Origin: Patescibacteria group bacterium
Lineage (GTDB): Bacteria; Patescibacteriota; Patescibacteriia; Patescibacteriales; JAQTRU01
Assembly: GCA_028711415.1 (NCBI GenBank)
Contig: JAQTSG010000001.1
Coordinates: 1 to 55,872, forward strand
Direction of reading: 5' to 3'
Length of the DNA: 55,872 nucleotides
The notes beneath the pieces are model-generated. The model was not told the DNA's origin and did not search any database. It was given only the letters and a program-made list of their open reading frames with translations. The first letter of the stretch is position 1; each line of letters begins with the position of its first letter. The position numbers and the translations under genes were made by a program. Of the stretch, positions 17,987-28,608 are shown piece after piece.

Positions 17987-18175
17987 TTGTGGATATCTGA
18001 TGTTGACTTAAAAAATTTTGTTTGTTAAGATATGATTGATTCTGGAAGAAATCGTATAAATTAAATAAAAACAGTTTTTTGTTTCCTTGTCATACCTCTT
18101 AGCCGGATTATGTCCGGGATAATTAGGGGGTTAATTTTTGTTTTTAAAAAAAAGAAATATTTTTTGTGGGTGGGG
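17987..18175 (+). repeat. Direct repeat copy 2 (atp promoter + leader)
   Basis: Near-identical to 17383-17568. Confidence 0.9.
18003..18031 (+). promoter_or_regulatory. Promoter TTGACT-17-TAAGAT (atp P2)
   Basis: Direct read inside repeat copy 2. Confidence 0.65.
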
Positions 18176-18208
18176 TATAGTATAAATTGTAAGGCGGAGA
18201 GAAAGAAT

Positions 18209-18526
18209 ATGAAAGAAGATTTTTTAGACAAATATAAAAATATAAGGCAATTATCCTGGGCTCTGGCTTTTTATAGCAGCACCTCTATTTTTGGTCCCCT
18301 TTTGATAATCGGCGGAGCCGGCTGGTATCTGGACAGGGTTCTTGGCACTCGCCCCTGGCTTTTAGCTATAAGTATTTTTATCGCCTTTATCGTTACGAAT
18401 ATTTTACTTTTTAAAAAAGTGGTTGCTTTGACTAGATGGATCAGTCGCCAGAAAGAATTAAGGAAGAAAGATGAGGCGGGCAAAACGGTTGGGCTAGGAG
18501 AAGAAAATGCTAAAGATATTTTTTAG
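18209..18526 (+). CDS. AtpZ/AtpI family protein
   Basis: IIGGAGWYLDRVLGTRPW motif, two TM helices; ATG 18209 preceded by GGAGAG; the upstream part of the ORF lies in the duplicated leader. Confidence 0.7.
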   Translation: MKEDFLDKYKNIRQLSWALAFYSSTSIFGPLLIIGGAGWYLDRVLGTRPWLLAISIFIAFIVTNILLFKKVVALTRWISRQKELRKKDEAGKTVGLGEENAKDIF

Positions 18527-18534
18527 TTAAACAT

Positions 18535-19293
18535 ATGGAATTAAGCGTAAGTTTAGCACCGGACATTTTATTTTTTATCGGCGGTTTTCCCGTAACCAAT
18601 ACTTTTTTTTGGTCTCTATTCATCAGTTTATTTTTGATTATTCTCATCCTTTTTGTCCGGTCCAGGTTAAAATTAATCCCAGGGGGGTTGCAGAATATTG
18701 TTGAGCTTCTTTTGGAGGGCGGTTATTCTTTTGTTAAATCCATTGCCGGCACGGAAAAGAAAGCGAAGCGGCTTTTCCCTTTGGTTTTTACCATGTTTGT
18801 TTTTATTTTAGTGGCTAATTTAGCTACTTATATTCCCGGCCAATCCGCCGTAACTTTGCATAAAGAAGAAGGAGTGGTTTCGGTTTTTCGGGCGGTGATA
18901 GCCGATTATGGCATGGTGTTTGTCATGACCCTCATTACCTTTTTGATTACGCAGATTGTTATGATAGCAGCTAACGGTCCTTTCGGCTATTTAGGCAAGT
19001 TTATTAATTTTAAAGGCCCCATGCAATTTTTTCTAGGGCTGATGGACTTAGTCGGAGAGTTGGCAAAAGTAATTTCTTTGTCCTTCCGTTTATTTGGCAA
19101 TATTTTCGCCGGGGAGATTTTAGGGGCGGTAATGCTGTTTTTGGCTCCATTTTTTGTCCCTTTGCCCTTTATGTTTTTGGGGCTGGTGACGGCTGTCGTC
19201 CAGGCTTTCGTTTTTGCCGTTTTAACTTTAGTATTTATAACTATGGCTTCGGAAATTCCGGAAAGTGAGGTAAGCAAAAGTGAGCCAGTTTAA
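18535..19293 (+). CDS. atpB: F0F1 ATP synthase subunit a
   Basis: SLSFRLFGNIFAGE motif with the essential Arg. Confidence 0.9.
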   Translation: MELSVSLAPDILFFIGGFPVTNTFFWSLFISLFLIILILFVRSRLKLIPGGLQNIVELLLEGGYSFVKSIAGTEKKAKRLFPLVFTMFVFILVANLATYIPGQSAVTLHKEEGVVSVFRAVIADYGMVFVMTLITFLITQIVMIAANGPFGYLGKFINFKGPMQFFLGLMDLVGELAKVISLSFRLFGNIFAGEILGAVMLFLAPFFVPLPFMFLGLVTAVVQAFVFAVLTLVFITMASEIPESEVSKSEPV

Positions 19294-19310
19294 AAAATTT
19301 TAAAATAATA

Positions 19311-19357
19311 TCCGCCAGAGGCGGACCCGCAATATAAAAATTTATGTGGCGGGAAAT
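19311..19357 (+). repeat. CACCGC-hairpin element, copy c (variant)
   Basis: TCCGCCAGAGGCGGACCCGC-N16-GTGGCGGGAAAT. Confidence 0.7.
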
Positions 19358-19372
19358 AATAAATTAAATTTT

Positions 19373-19600
19373 ATGGAAACAGAAGCTATAAAAGCCCTTG
19401 CCGCCGGTATTGCCATGGGATTTGGGGCTATCGGTCCGGCTGTGGGAGAAGGTTATGTGGCGGGTAGAGCCCTGGAAGCCATTGGTCGCAACCCGGAGGC
19501 GGCTGACAAAATTACACCTCTGATGTTCGTAACTATGGCTATTTGCGAATCTACCGGTATTTATTCCCTGGTAATCGCCCTGATTGTCATTTTTGGTTAG
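19373..19600 (+). CDS. atpE: F0F1 ATP synthase subunit c, paralogue 2
   Basis: 75 aa from ATG 19373; GRNPEA loop; AICESTGIYSLVIAL. Confidence 0.9.
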   Translation: METEAIKALAAGIAMGFGAIGPAVGEGYVAGRALEAIGRNPEAADKITPLMFVTMAICESTGIYSLVIALIVIFG

Positions 19601-19666
19601 AAAATAGAGCCCGTCCCGCTTTTTCAAAAAAATGGCGGGATGCCCTTATTTTTTAATTTTTTCCAT

Positions 19667-20161
19667 ATGAAGCTATTAGAAGCTTTAGGCCTGGATTTAA
19701 GAATTTTGATTGCCCAATTAATTAATTTCGCGATCTTGGTTTTGGTTTTGTGGAAATTCGGCTATAAGCCGATCCTAAAATTTTTGAATGACCGCAAGGA
19801 AAAAATAGAAAAAGGCGTGGAAGATGCCAGACGGGCTTCGGAAAAACTGGAGGAAATGGAGCAGAGAGAAGCCGAGCTGGTCAAAGCGGCAAAAAAGGAA
19901 GCAGCCAAGATTTTAGAAGAAGCCAAAAAACAGGGCGAAATTAACCGCCAGAAAACTGTTGACAAGGCCAAGGAAGAAATCGGCCAGATTATTAATCAGG
20001 AAAAAGCTAAAATGGAAGCGGAAAAAGGGGAAACTTTAAGAGAGATAAAAAGGGAAGTGGGTGATTTGATTGTTTCTTCTTTGGAGAAGATTTTAGGGGA
20101 AAAGATGACTGACAAGAAAGACGAAGAGCTTATAAAAAAAATTGTAAAGAATTTAAAATAA
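19667..20161 (+). CDS. atpF: F0F1 ATP synthase subunit b
   Basis: N-terminal TM, then a long charged helix; position in operon; 19640 is an alternative start. Confidence 0.85.
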   Translation: MKLLEALGLDLRILIAQLINFAILVLVLWKFGYKPILKFLNDRKEKIEKGVEDARRASEKLEEMEQREAELVKAAKKEAAKILEEAKKQGEINRQKTVDKAKEEIGQIINQEKAKMEAEKGETLREIKREVGDLIVSSLEKILGEKMTDKKDEELIKKIVKNLK

Positions 20162-20166
20162 TATGA

Positions 20167-20196
20167 ACCCCGTTAGAAATCAATTTCTAACGGGGT
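20167..20196. repeat. Perfect 14-bp-arm palindrome ACCCCGTTAGAAAT / ATTTCTAACGGGGT
   Basis: Direct read between atpF and atpH; a third half-site lies at 20212-20225. Confidence 0.9.
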
Positions 20197-20225
20197 AAGC
20201 AGATAATAATTAAATTTCTAACGGG

Positions 20226-20627
20226 ATGAAAATTACCGCTAAACAATACGCCAAGGCCTTGTTTGAATCAGTAAGCGCCGCCCCTAGCGACAAAGTTGGG
20301 GAAGTGGTGAAGAATTTTTGCCGGGCGCTTAAGGCTAATAACCAAACCTCCCAACTCGGGAAAATTATCGGGCAATTTGAGCAGATTTGGGATAAAAAAA
20401 ATAATATAGTCAAGGCGGAAATTATAAGCGCTTTAAAACTAAACTCGGAAACGGAAAAAATTATTGAGCAGTATCTAAAAAAAACCGTCGGGGCTAAAGA
20501 AATAGAATTAAGCCGGAAGGTTGATAAAAACATCTTGGGTGGGGTAATTATTAAATATGGAGATAGAATTTTAGACGAGAGCCTAAGGACGAGATTAGCC
20601 GAATTTTCACAGACGTTAAAGGGATAA
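20226..20627 (+). CDS. atpH: F0F1 ATP synthase subunit delta (short form)
   Basis: ITAKQYAKALFE start, operon position, 133 aa. Confidence 0.7.
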   Translation: MKITAKQYAKALFESVSAAPSDKVGEVVKNFCRALKANNQTSQLGKIIGQFEQIWDKKNNIVKAEIISALKLNSETEKIIEQYLKKTVGAKEIELSRKVDKNILGGVIIKYGDRILDESLRTRLAEFSQTLKG

Positions 20628-20831
20628 CAGCGGGATTCTTGGGATTTTTAAGATTCTTAGGACTCTTTTGGAAAATACTTTTAACTTCATCTATATGAAC
20701 CCCGTTAGAAATTTGGCTGGGAATAATAATAAGATTTCTAACAAGGTGAACGCCATTATAAATTTGAGTAGCCAGAAAAAATGAATAATTTTTAGCAAGA
20801 AGAAGATATTTAAAAATAATTAAAATATTAT

Positions 20832-22409
20832 ATGGAAAAAGAAAACAAAAAAATTTCTAACGGGGTGAACAATACTAAAGACTTTATTGTTGAGCAAATA
20901 AAAGAGCAGATAAGCGGATTTAAAGCGGAGGCGGAAGAAAAAACTTTCGGCCAGGTAACTGAAGTCGGCGACGGCATTGCCCGGGTTTCCGGCCTGTCCG
21001 ACGCTATGATGTCGGAAATGCTTGAATTTAAAACAGCCAGCGGGCCGGCTTATGGCGTAGTCCTTAACCTGGAAGAAGACAGCGTGGGCGCTATTATTTT
21101 GGGCGACGCTTCTTCAATTAAGGAAGGCGACGAGGTAATCGCTTTAAAGAGGATTTTGGAGGTTCCGGTCGGGGATGAACTGGTCGGCCGGGTAGTTAAT
21201 CCCCTAGGGAAGGCTTTAGACGGAAAAGGGGATTTAAAGACGAAAAAGTCCTATCCGATTGAAAAAATCGCTCCCGGAGTAATCGCCCGCGAATCAGTCA
21301 ACCAGCCGGTCCAGACCGGGATTAAGGCCGTTGATGCCATGATTCCAATCGGTCGGGGCCAAAGAGAACTGATAATCGGCGACCGCCAGATTGGTAAAAC
21401 CGCGATTGCCATTGACGCGATTATCAACCAGAAGGGTCAGCATATGAAATGCATTTACGTGGCGATCGGGCAGAAAGAGTCAAAAGTCGCTTCTATCGTA
21501 GCGCGCCTGGAGAAATTCGGCGCCATGAAATACACGACCGTGGTGATGGCCGGCGCTTCTGATCCGGCTCCGCTTCTTTATATCGCCCCTTACGCCGGTT
21601 GCGCTATGGCTGAATATTTTTTGGACAAAGGCGAAGATGTCTTAATAATTTATGATGATTTGTCAAAACACGCGGTGTCTTACCGCGAGGTTTCTTTGTT
21701 ACTTCGCCGGCCGCCGGGACGCGAAGCTTTTCCGGGAGACGTTTTTTATCTCCATTCCCGTTTGTTGGAAAGGGCTTGCAAATTAAATAAAGATTACGGC
21801 GGCGGCTCCATTACGGCTTTACCTTTAATTGAAACTCAGGCCGGAGACGTTTCCGCTTATATTCCAACCAATGTCATTTCCATAACTGACGGCCAAATTT
21901 ATCTGGAATCAGACCTTTTTTACAAAGGCAACCGCCCGGCTATAAATGCCGGTTTGTCCGTTTCCCGCGTCGGTAACAAAGCGCAAATCAAGGCTATGAA
22001 AAAAGTCGCTGGCCGGATGCGGTTAGAGGCGGCCCAATACAGGGAACTTGAAGCTTTTGCCCAGTTCGGCTCGGATCTAGACAAAGAAACGAAAGAAAAA
22101 CTGGAAAGGGGCCGGCGTATGATTGAAGTCTTAAAGCAGGACCAATACGTGCCGATGCCGGTAGGTCAGCAGGTAGTTATTTTCTTTGCTTTGATTTCCG
22201 GATTTTTAGATAATGTGCCGGTAGAAAAGGTCAAAGATTTTGAAGCTGGTCTCCTGGAGTATGTCCAGGACGTGAATTCTGATTTAGTAAAAGAAATAGA
22301 AAAAACCGGAGAATTAACTGAAAGCGAAGAAAAAAAGCTGGAAAAAACTATTAAAGATTATAAAGATACGCTGGATTATTTAGAGAGTGATAAAGTTAAA
22401 AGTTCATAA
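20832..22409 (+). CDS. atpA: F0F1 ATP synthase subunit alpha
   Basis: GDRQIGKT Walker A, ~15-aa N-terminal extension containing a repeat half-site. Confidence 0.95.
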   Translation: MEKENKKISNGVNNTKDFIVEQIKEQISGFKAEAEEKTFGQVTEVGDGIARVSGLSDAMMSEMLEFKTASGPAYGVVLNLEEDSVGAIILGDASSIKEGDEVIALKRILEVPVGDELVGRVVNPLGKALDGKGDLKTKKSYPIEKIAPGVIARESVNQPVQTGIKAVDAMIPIGRGQRELIIGDRQIGKTAIAIDAIINQKGQHMKCIYVAIGQKESKVASIVARLEKFGAMKYTTVVMAGASDPAPLLYIAPYAGCAMAEYFLDKGEDVLIIYDDLSKHAVSYREVSLLLRRPPGREAFPGDVFYLHSRLLERACKLNKDYGGGSITALPLIETQAGDVSAYIPTNVISITDGQIYLESDLFYKGNRPAINAGLSVSRVGNKAQIKAMKKVAGRMRLEAAQYRELEAFAQFGSDLDKETKEKLERGRRMIEVLKQDQYVPMPVGQQVVIFFALISGFLDNVPVEKVKDFEAGLLEYVQDVNSDLVKEIEKTGELTESEEKKLEKTIKDYKDTLDYLESDKVKSS

Positions 22410-22464
22410 AGTTATAAAGTTAAATACTTTAAGACTTTTTACTTTTAACTTTATAAACTAAGAG

Positions 22465-23439
22465 ATGGCTAAGACAAAAGAAATCCAAAGAAGAATAAAA
22501 TCCATAGGCAACACGAAAAAAATTACGCGGGCTATGGAAATGGTGGCGGCTTCAAAGATGAAAAAGGCGGTGGAGTCGGTTTTGCGCACCCGGACTTATG
22601 CTAATTTAAGCTGGACTACGATTTTAAATCTTTCCGCCGCGGTTGATTCCGGCAGAAATCTTCATCCGCTTCTTTCGGCCAGGAAAGAAATAAAAAAAGT
22701 GGGAATAATTTTATTTTCTTCAAACCGCGGCCTTTGTGGCGGGTTTAACGCCGCGATTGTCAATAAAGCGGTTGATTCAGCAAAAAAGCACGAGAAAAAC
22801 GAGAAGGGAGATAAAATAGAAAATGAATTTATTATAGTCGGGAAAAAAGGCCGGTCGGTTTATTCCCGTTTTGGCTATAAAATCTCGGCGGCTTTTGAAA
22901 AGCAGGATACTTGCACCGAGGTTAGGGAAGTAAGCTCACTGGCTCGTTTAATAATTGATGATTTTTTAGCCGGCAAATGCGATAAAATAATGGTGGCTTA
23001 TTCGGACTTCGTGAGCGCTACCCGGCAAGTGCCCCGGGTTAAGCAGCTTCTTCCTATAGACATATCGGCTCATGAAGAGTTTTTGGGCGTAGTCGGGGAA
23101 GATAGCCGGGTTGGGGCGGATAGGCAATATCTTAAAGGCAAAGAAGATAAATATTTACATGATGAGAAAAAAAATAAATATATTTTTACCTATGAGCCAG
23201 GTCCGGAAGAAGTTTTAAATGAGATGCTGCCTAGAGTTTTGGAAATCCAGCTTTTTCAGGCTTTGTTGGAGTCCAACGCTTCCGAGCACAGCGCCCGCAT
23301 GGCGGCTATGCATCAGGCCACGGACGCGGCCGGGGATTTAGTTGATGAGCTTACCTTATTTTACAATAAAGCCAGGCAGGCCGCGATTACCTCGGAGATA
23401 GCGGAAATATCGGCGGGAGCAAATGCGTTGAAAGGTTAA
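22465..23439 (+). CDS. atpG: F0F1 ATP synthase subunit gamma
   Basis: IKSIGNTKKITRAMEMVAASKM start, C-terminal ITSEIAEISAGANAL. Confidence 0.9.
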   Translation: MAKTKEIQRRIKSIGNTKKITRAMEMVAASKMKKAVESVLRTRTYANLSWTTILNLSAAVDSGRNLHPLLSARKEIKKVGIILFSSNRGLCGGFNAAIVNKAVDSAKKHEKNEKGDKIENEFIIVGKKGRSVYSRFGYKISAAFEKQDTCTEVREVSSLARLIIDDFLAGKCDKIMVAYSDFVSATRQVPRVKQLLPIDISAHEEFLGVVGEDSRVGADRQYLKGKEDKYLHDEKKNKYIFTYEPGPEEVLNEMLPRVLEIQLFQALLESNASEHSARMAAMHQATDAAGDLVDELTLFYNKARQAAITSEIAEISAGANALKG

Positions 23440-23572
23440 AATAAAAAATAATAAAATAAAAAAATAATATAAAAATTAAAATAATTTAAGTATTCTTCCT
23501 GACTTTAGTCAGAGTTAAGAAGATGAATTAAAACATTTTAACTCCCACTAAATTGGGGTAGAAATAGAGAAT

Positions 23573-23606
23573 AAAAAAAGCCACCCCTGAAGTTGATTGG
23601 GGTGGC
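23573..23606 (-). terminator. Intrinsic terminator of the antisense orphan gene
   Basis: On the minus strand GCCACCCC-N11-GGGGTGGC followed by T7. Confidence 0.75.
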
Positions 23607-23639
23607 GCGAATGAAGGAAGCGGAGAGTTGTTTATTCAC

Positions 23640-23933
23640 TTAAAATGAATGAAGCTCTGCCTGATGGATTTTTTCCGGATATTTCTCGGCCTCTGCGGGG
23701 AGGTTAATATCAGCAAATCCGAGGATTTCCGCGGCTCGTTGAAAAGTACGAAGGATGTTTGCGTCAATGCGCGCTCGGTCGAAGTGAATTACCCCTGGGT
23801 TTCCCATGGTTGTTTCTATAAACCAGCAGATAAGAGCATCTCTTCGATTTTTTTCTTCCGATTTCCGGATAATTTTCACAATATCATCAACAATTTTGAT
23901 GAACTTTGGGTCTTCAAATTGGTTACCCGACAT
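23640..23933 (-). CDS. Orphan 97-aa protein encoded antisense inside the atp operon
   Basis: ATG 23933 preceded by AAGGAGAG 9 nt upstream; own promoter and terminator; no family recognised. Confidence 0.6.
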   Translation of the reverse strand: MSGNQFEDPKFIKIVDDIVKIIRKSEEKNRRDALICWFIETTMGNPGVIHFDRARIDANILRTFQRAAEILGFADINLPAEAEKYPEKIHQAELHSF

Positions 23934-24013
23934 GGTGGCACTCTCCTTTTCTAAGAAATGAACAAAGATATTATTGTTATCATGAATAAAAAATAGTTTA
24001 TTATTAATAAGAA

Positions 24014-24042
24014 AATATATCATAAGATTAATAATTTGTCAA
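24014..24042 (-). promoter_or_regulatory. Promoter TTGACA-17-TATATT on the minus strand
   Basis: Reverse complement of 24014-24042. Confidence 0.6.
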
Positions 24043-24062
24043 TTCTTAAAAATTAAAGATAA

Positions 24063-25517
<1,455 letters not shown>

Positions 25518-25525
25518 TTAGTCAA

Positions 25526-25610
25526 CTAGTTAAAAGTTTGTAAAGTTTATAAAGTTGAAAGTCCTCCTATTCGGACTTTATAACTTTTAACTTTATGACT
25601 TTATAACTAG
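25526..25610. repeat. AT-rich heptamer-word inverted repeat (AAGTTAT/ATAACTT word)
   Basis: CTAGTTAAAAGTTTGTAAAGTTTATAAAGTTGAAAGTCC ... GGACTTTATAACTTTTAACTTTATGACTTTATAACTAG. Confidence 0.85.
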
Positions 25611-25620
25611 CTGTTGAACT

Positions 25621-26058
25621 ATGTTTGAAAGCGATAAGACAATTAAATTTGAAGTGGTAACGCCGGAAAGGGTGGTTTTAAAAGAAAATATTCATCAGGT
25701 GACGGTACCGACTCGGTCCGGGGAAATCACGGTCCTGCCTAACCATACGCCCTTAATCTCGATTTTAAAGCCGGGCGTAATTGAGTTAAAGAAAGAAAAC
25801 GGCGAAGTGGAAATCATGTCTGTCTCCGGCGGGTTTATTGAGGTCTTAAAAAATAAGGTGGTAATTTTAGCGGATACGGCCGAACGAGCCGAGGAGCTTG
25901 ACTTGAAGAGAGCCGAGGAAGCGAGAATAAGAGCGGAGAAGATAAAAGAGGAAACCAGACATGAAGACGCGGAAAGCTTTGCCGCGATTACCGCTCAACT
26001 GGAGAAGGAATTAGCCAGAACCAAGGCGGTGAGGAGATGGAAGAATTTAAAAAGATAA
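25621..26058 (+). CDS. atpC: F0F1 ATP synthase subunit epsilon
   Basis: FEVVTPERVV start, C-terminal helical hairpin, operon position. Confidence 0.85.
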   Translation: MFESDKTIKFEVVTPERVVLKENIHQVTVPTRSGEITVLPNHTPLISILKPGVIELKKENGEVEIMSVSGGFIEVLKNKVVILADTAERAEELDLKRAEEARIRAEKIKEETRHEDAESFAAITAQLEKELARTKAVRRWKNLKR

Positions 26059-26091
26059 GAGGTTGTTATATTTATTAAAACCGGATATTTA

Positions 26092-26181
26092 GTTCCCCTC
26101 CTTAATTGAGGAGGGGACAGGGGTGGTGGGGCTGGTGATAAAATCAGACCACCCCCAACCCCTCCTTGTCTAAGGAGGGGA
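26092..26181. repeat. GC-rich composite element, copy A (module order permuted)
   Basis: CCCCTCCTTAATTGAGGAGGGG, CAGGGGTGGTGG ... ACCACCCCC, CCCCTCCTTGTCTAAGGAGGGG. Confidence 0.85.
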
Positions 26182-26230
26182 GTATATTCATATTCGCCTT
26201 GAATAGTTAGTTATTATTTGGTAATAAAAA

Positions 26231-26252
26231 ACGGGGGAAAGCCCGTTTTTTG
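26231..26252 (+). terminator. Weak intrinsic terminator after the atp operon
   Basis: ACGGG GGAAAG CCCGT followed by T6. Confidence 0.5.
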
Positions 26253-26278
26253 GTTAGTCTGGCTGTCTTTTATAACTC

Positions 26279-26306
26279 TTGACAAGTTTTTTAAAAGTGT
26301 TAAAAT
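26279..26306 (+). promoter_or_regulatory. groESL promoter TTGACA-16-TAAAAT
   Basis: Direct read. Confidence 0.7.
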
Positions 26307-26317
26307 AGCTATAAGAT

Positions 26318-26344
26318 TTAGCACTCTAAGGTCCTAAGTGCTAA
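26318..26344 (+). promoter_or_regulatory. CIRCE operator (HrcA binding site)
   Basis: TTAGCACTC-N9-AAGTGCTAA versus consensus TTAGCACTC-N9-GAGTGCTAA; located just downstream of the promoter. Confidence 0.85.
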
Positions 26345-26397
26345 TAATTAGCAAGCTAATAATTTATACGTCATAACCATATTTATAACCTTTAGCG

Positions 26398-26447
26398 CCT
26401 GTCTGCGCAGGCAGGTTATGCGATATGCGTTATGCGATATGCGTTAT
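26398..26447 (+). repeat. CCTGTCTGCGCAGGCAGG palindrome followed by (GTTATGCGATATGC)x2.3, abutting the groES ATG
   Basis: Direct read; the first 22 nt are identical to 10207-10228. Confidence 0.9.
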
Positions 26448-26732
26448 ATGATAAAACCAATTCATGACAATGTGGTCATTAAACCGATCGCGGAAAATGA
26501 AACGACTAAATCCGGCATAGTTTTACCCGATACGGTAGACAAAGAAAAGCCGGAAAAAGGCGAAGTTTTGGCTATTGGCGAAGGCAAACTCTTAGATAAC
26601 GGCCAAAGGGCGCCGATGTCTGTTAAAGTCGGAGATAAAGTTATGTTTAAAAAATATTCTCCAGACGAAATAAAAGTTGACGGCCAAAATTATTTAGTAA
26701 TTTCTGAAGGTGATATTATAGCGATTATTTAA
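26448..26732 (+). CDS. groES: Co-chaperonin GroES
   Basis: MIKPIHDNVVIKP start; the upstream MRYALC residues are translated repeat. Confidence 0.9.
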   Translation: MIKPIHDNVVIKPIAENETTKSGIVLPDTVDKEKPEKGEVLAIGEGKLLDNGQRAPMSVKVGDKVMFKKYSPDEIKVDGQNYLVISEGDIIAII

Positions 26733-26770
26733 AATTAATATAAATAAATTTTTCGCATCCCGCGTTTCTC

Positions 26771-28448
<1,678 letters not shown>

Positions 28449-28518
28449 TTAAAATAATATCACCGCCGAGGCGGGACAAGTAAAAATAAAATAACAAAAT
28501 AATAAAATAAAAAGAAGA

Positions 28519-28550
28519 AGAGGGTGGAGAAATTATCCACCCTCTTTATT
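28519..28550 (+). terminator. Intrinsic terminator after groEL
   Basis: GAGGGTGGA-N7-TCCACCCTC followed by a T-rich tract. Confidence 0.75.
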
Positions 28551-28608
28551 ATTGGCTTTTTTTGTGGTAAAATAGTAGCAGAAGATATTAACAATTAACC
28601 CCAAACTT

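Noticed and set aside
18110-18208. Upstream start for the AtpZ/AtpI ORF
   Set aside because: The first 33 codons lie in the duplicated non-coding leader, which in copy 1 is not followed by this ORF. ATG 18209 has a GGAGAG site.
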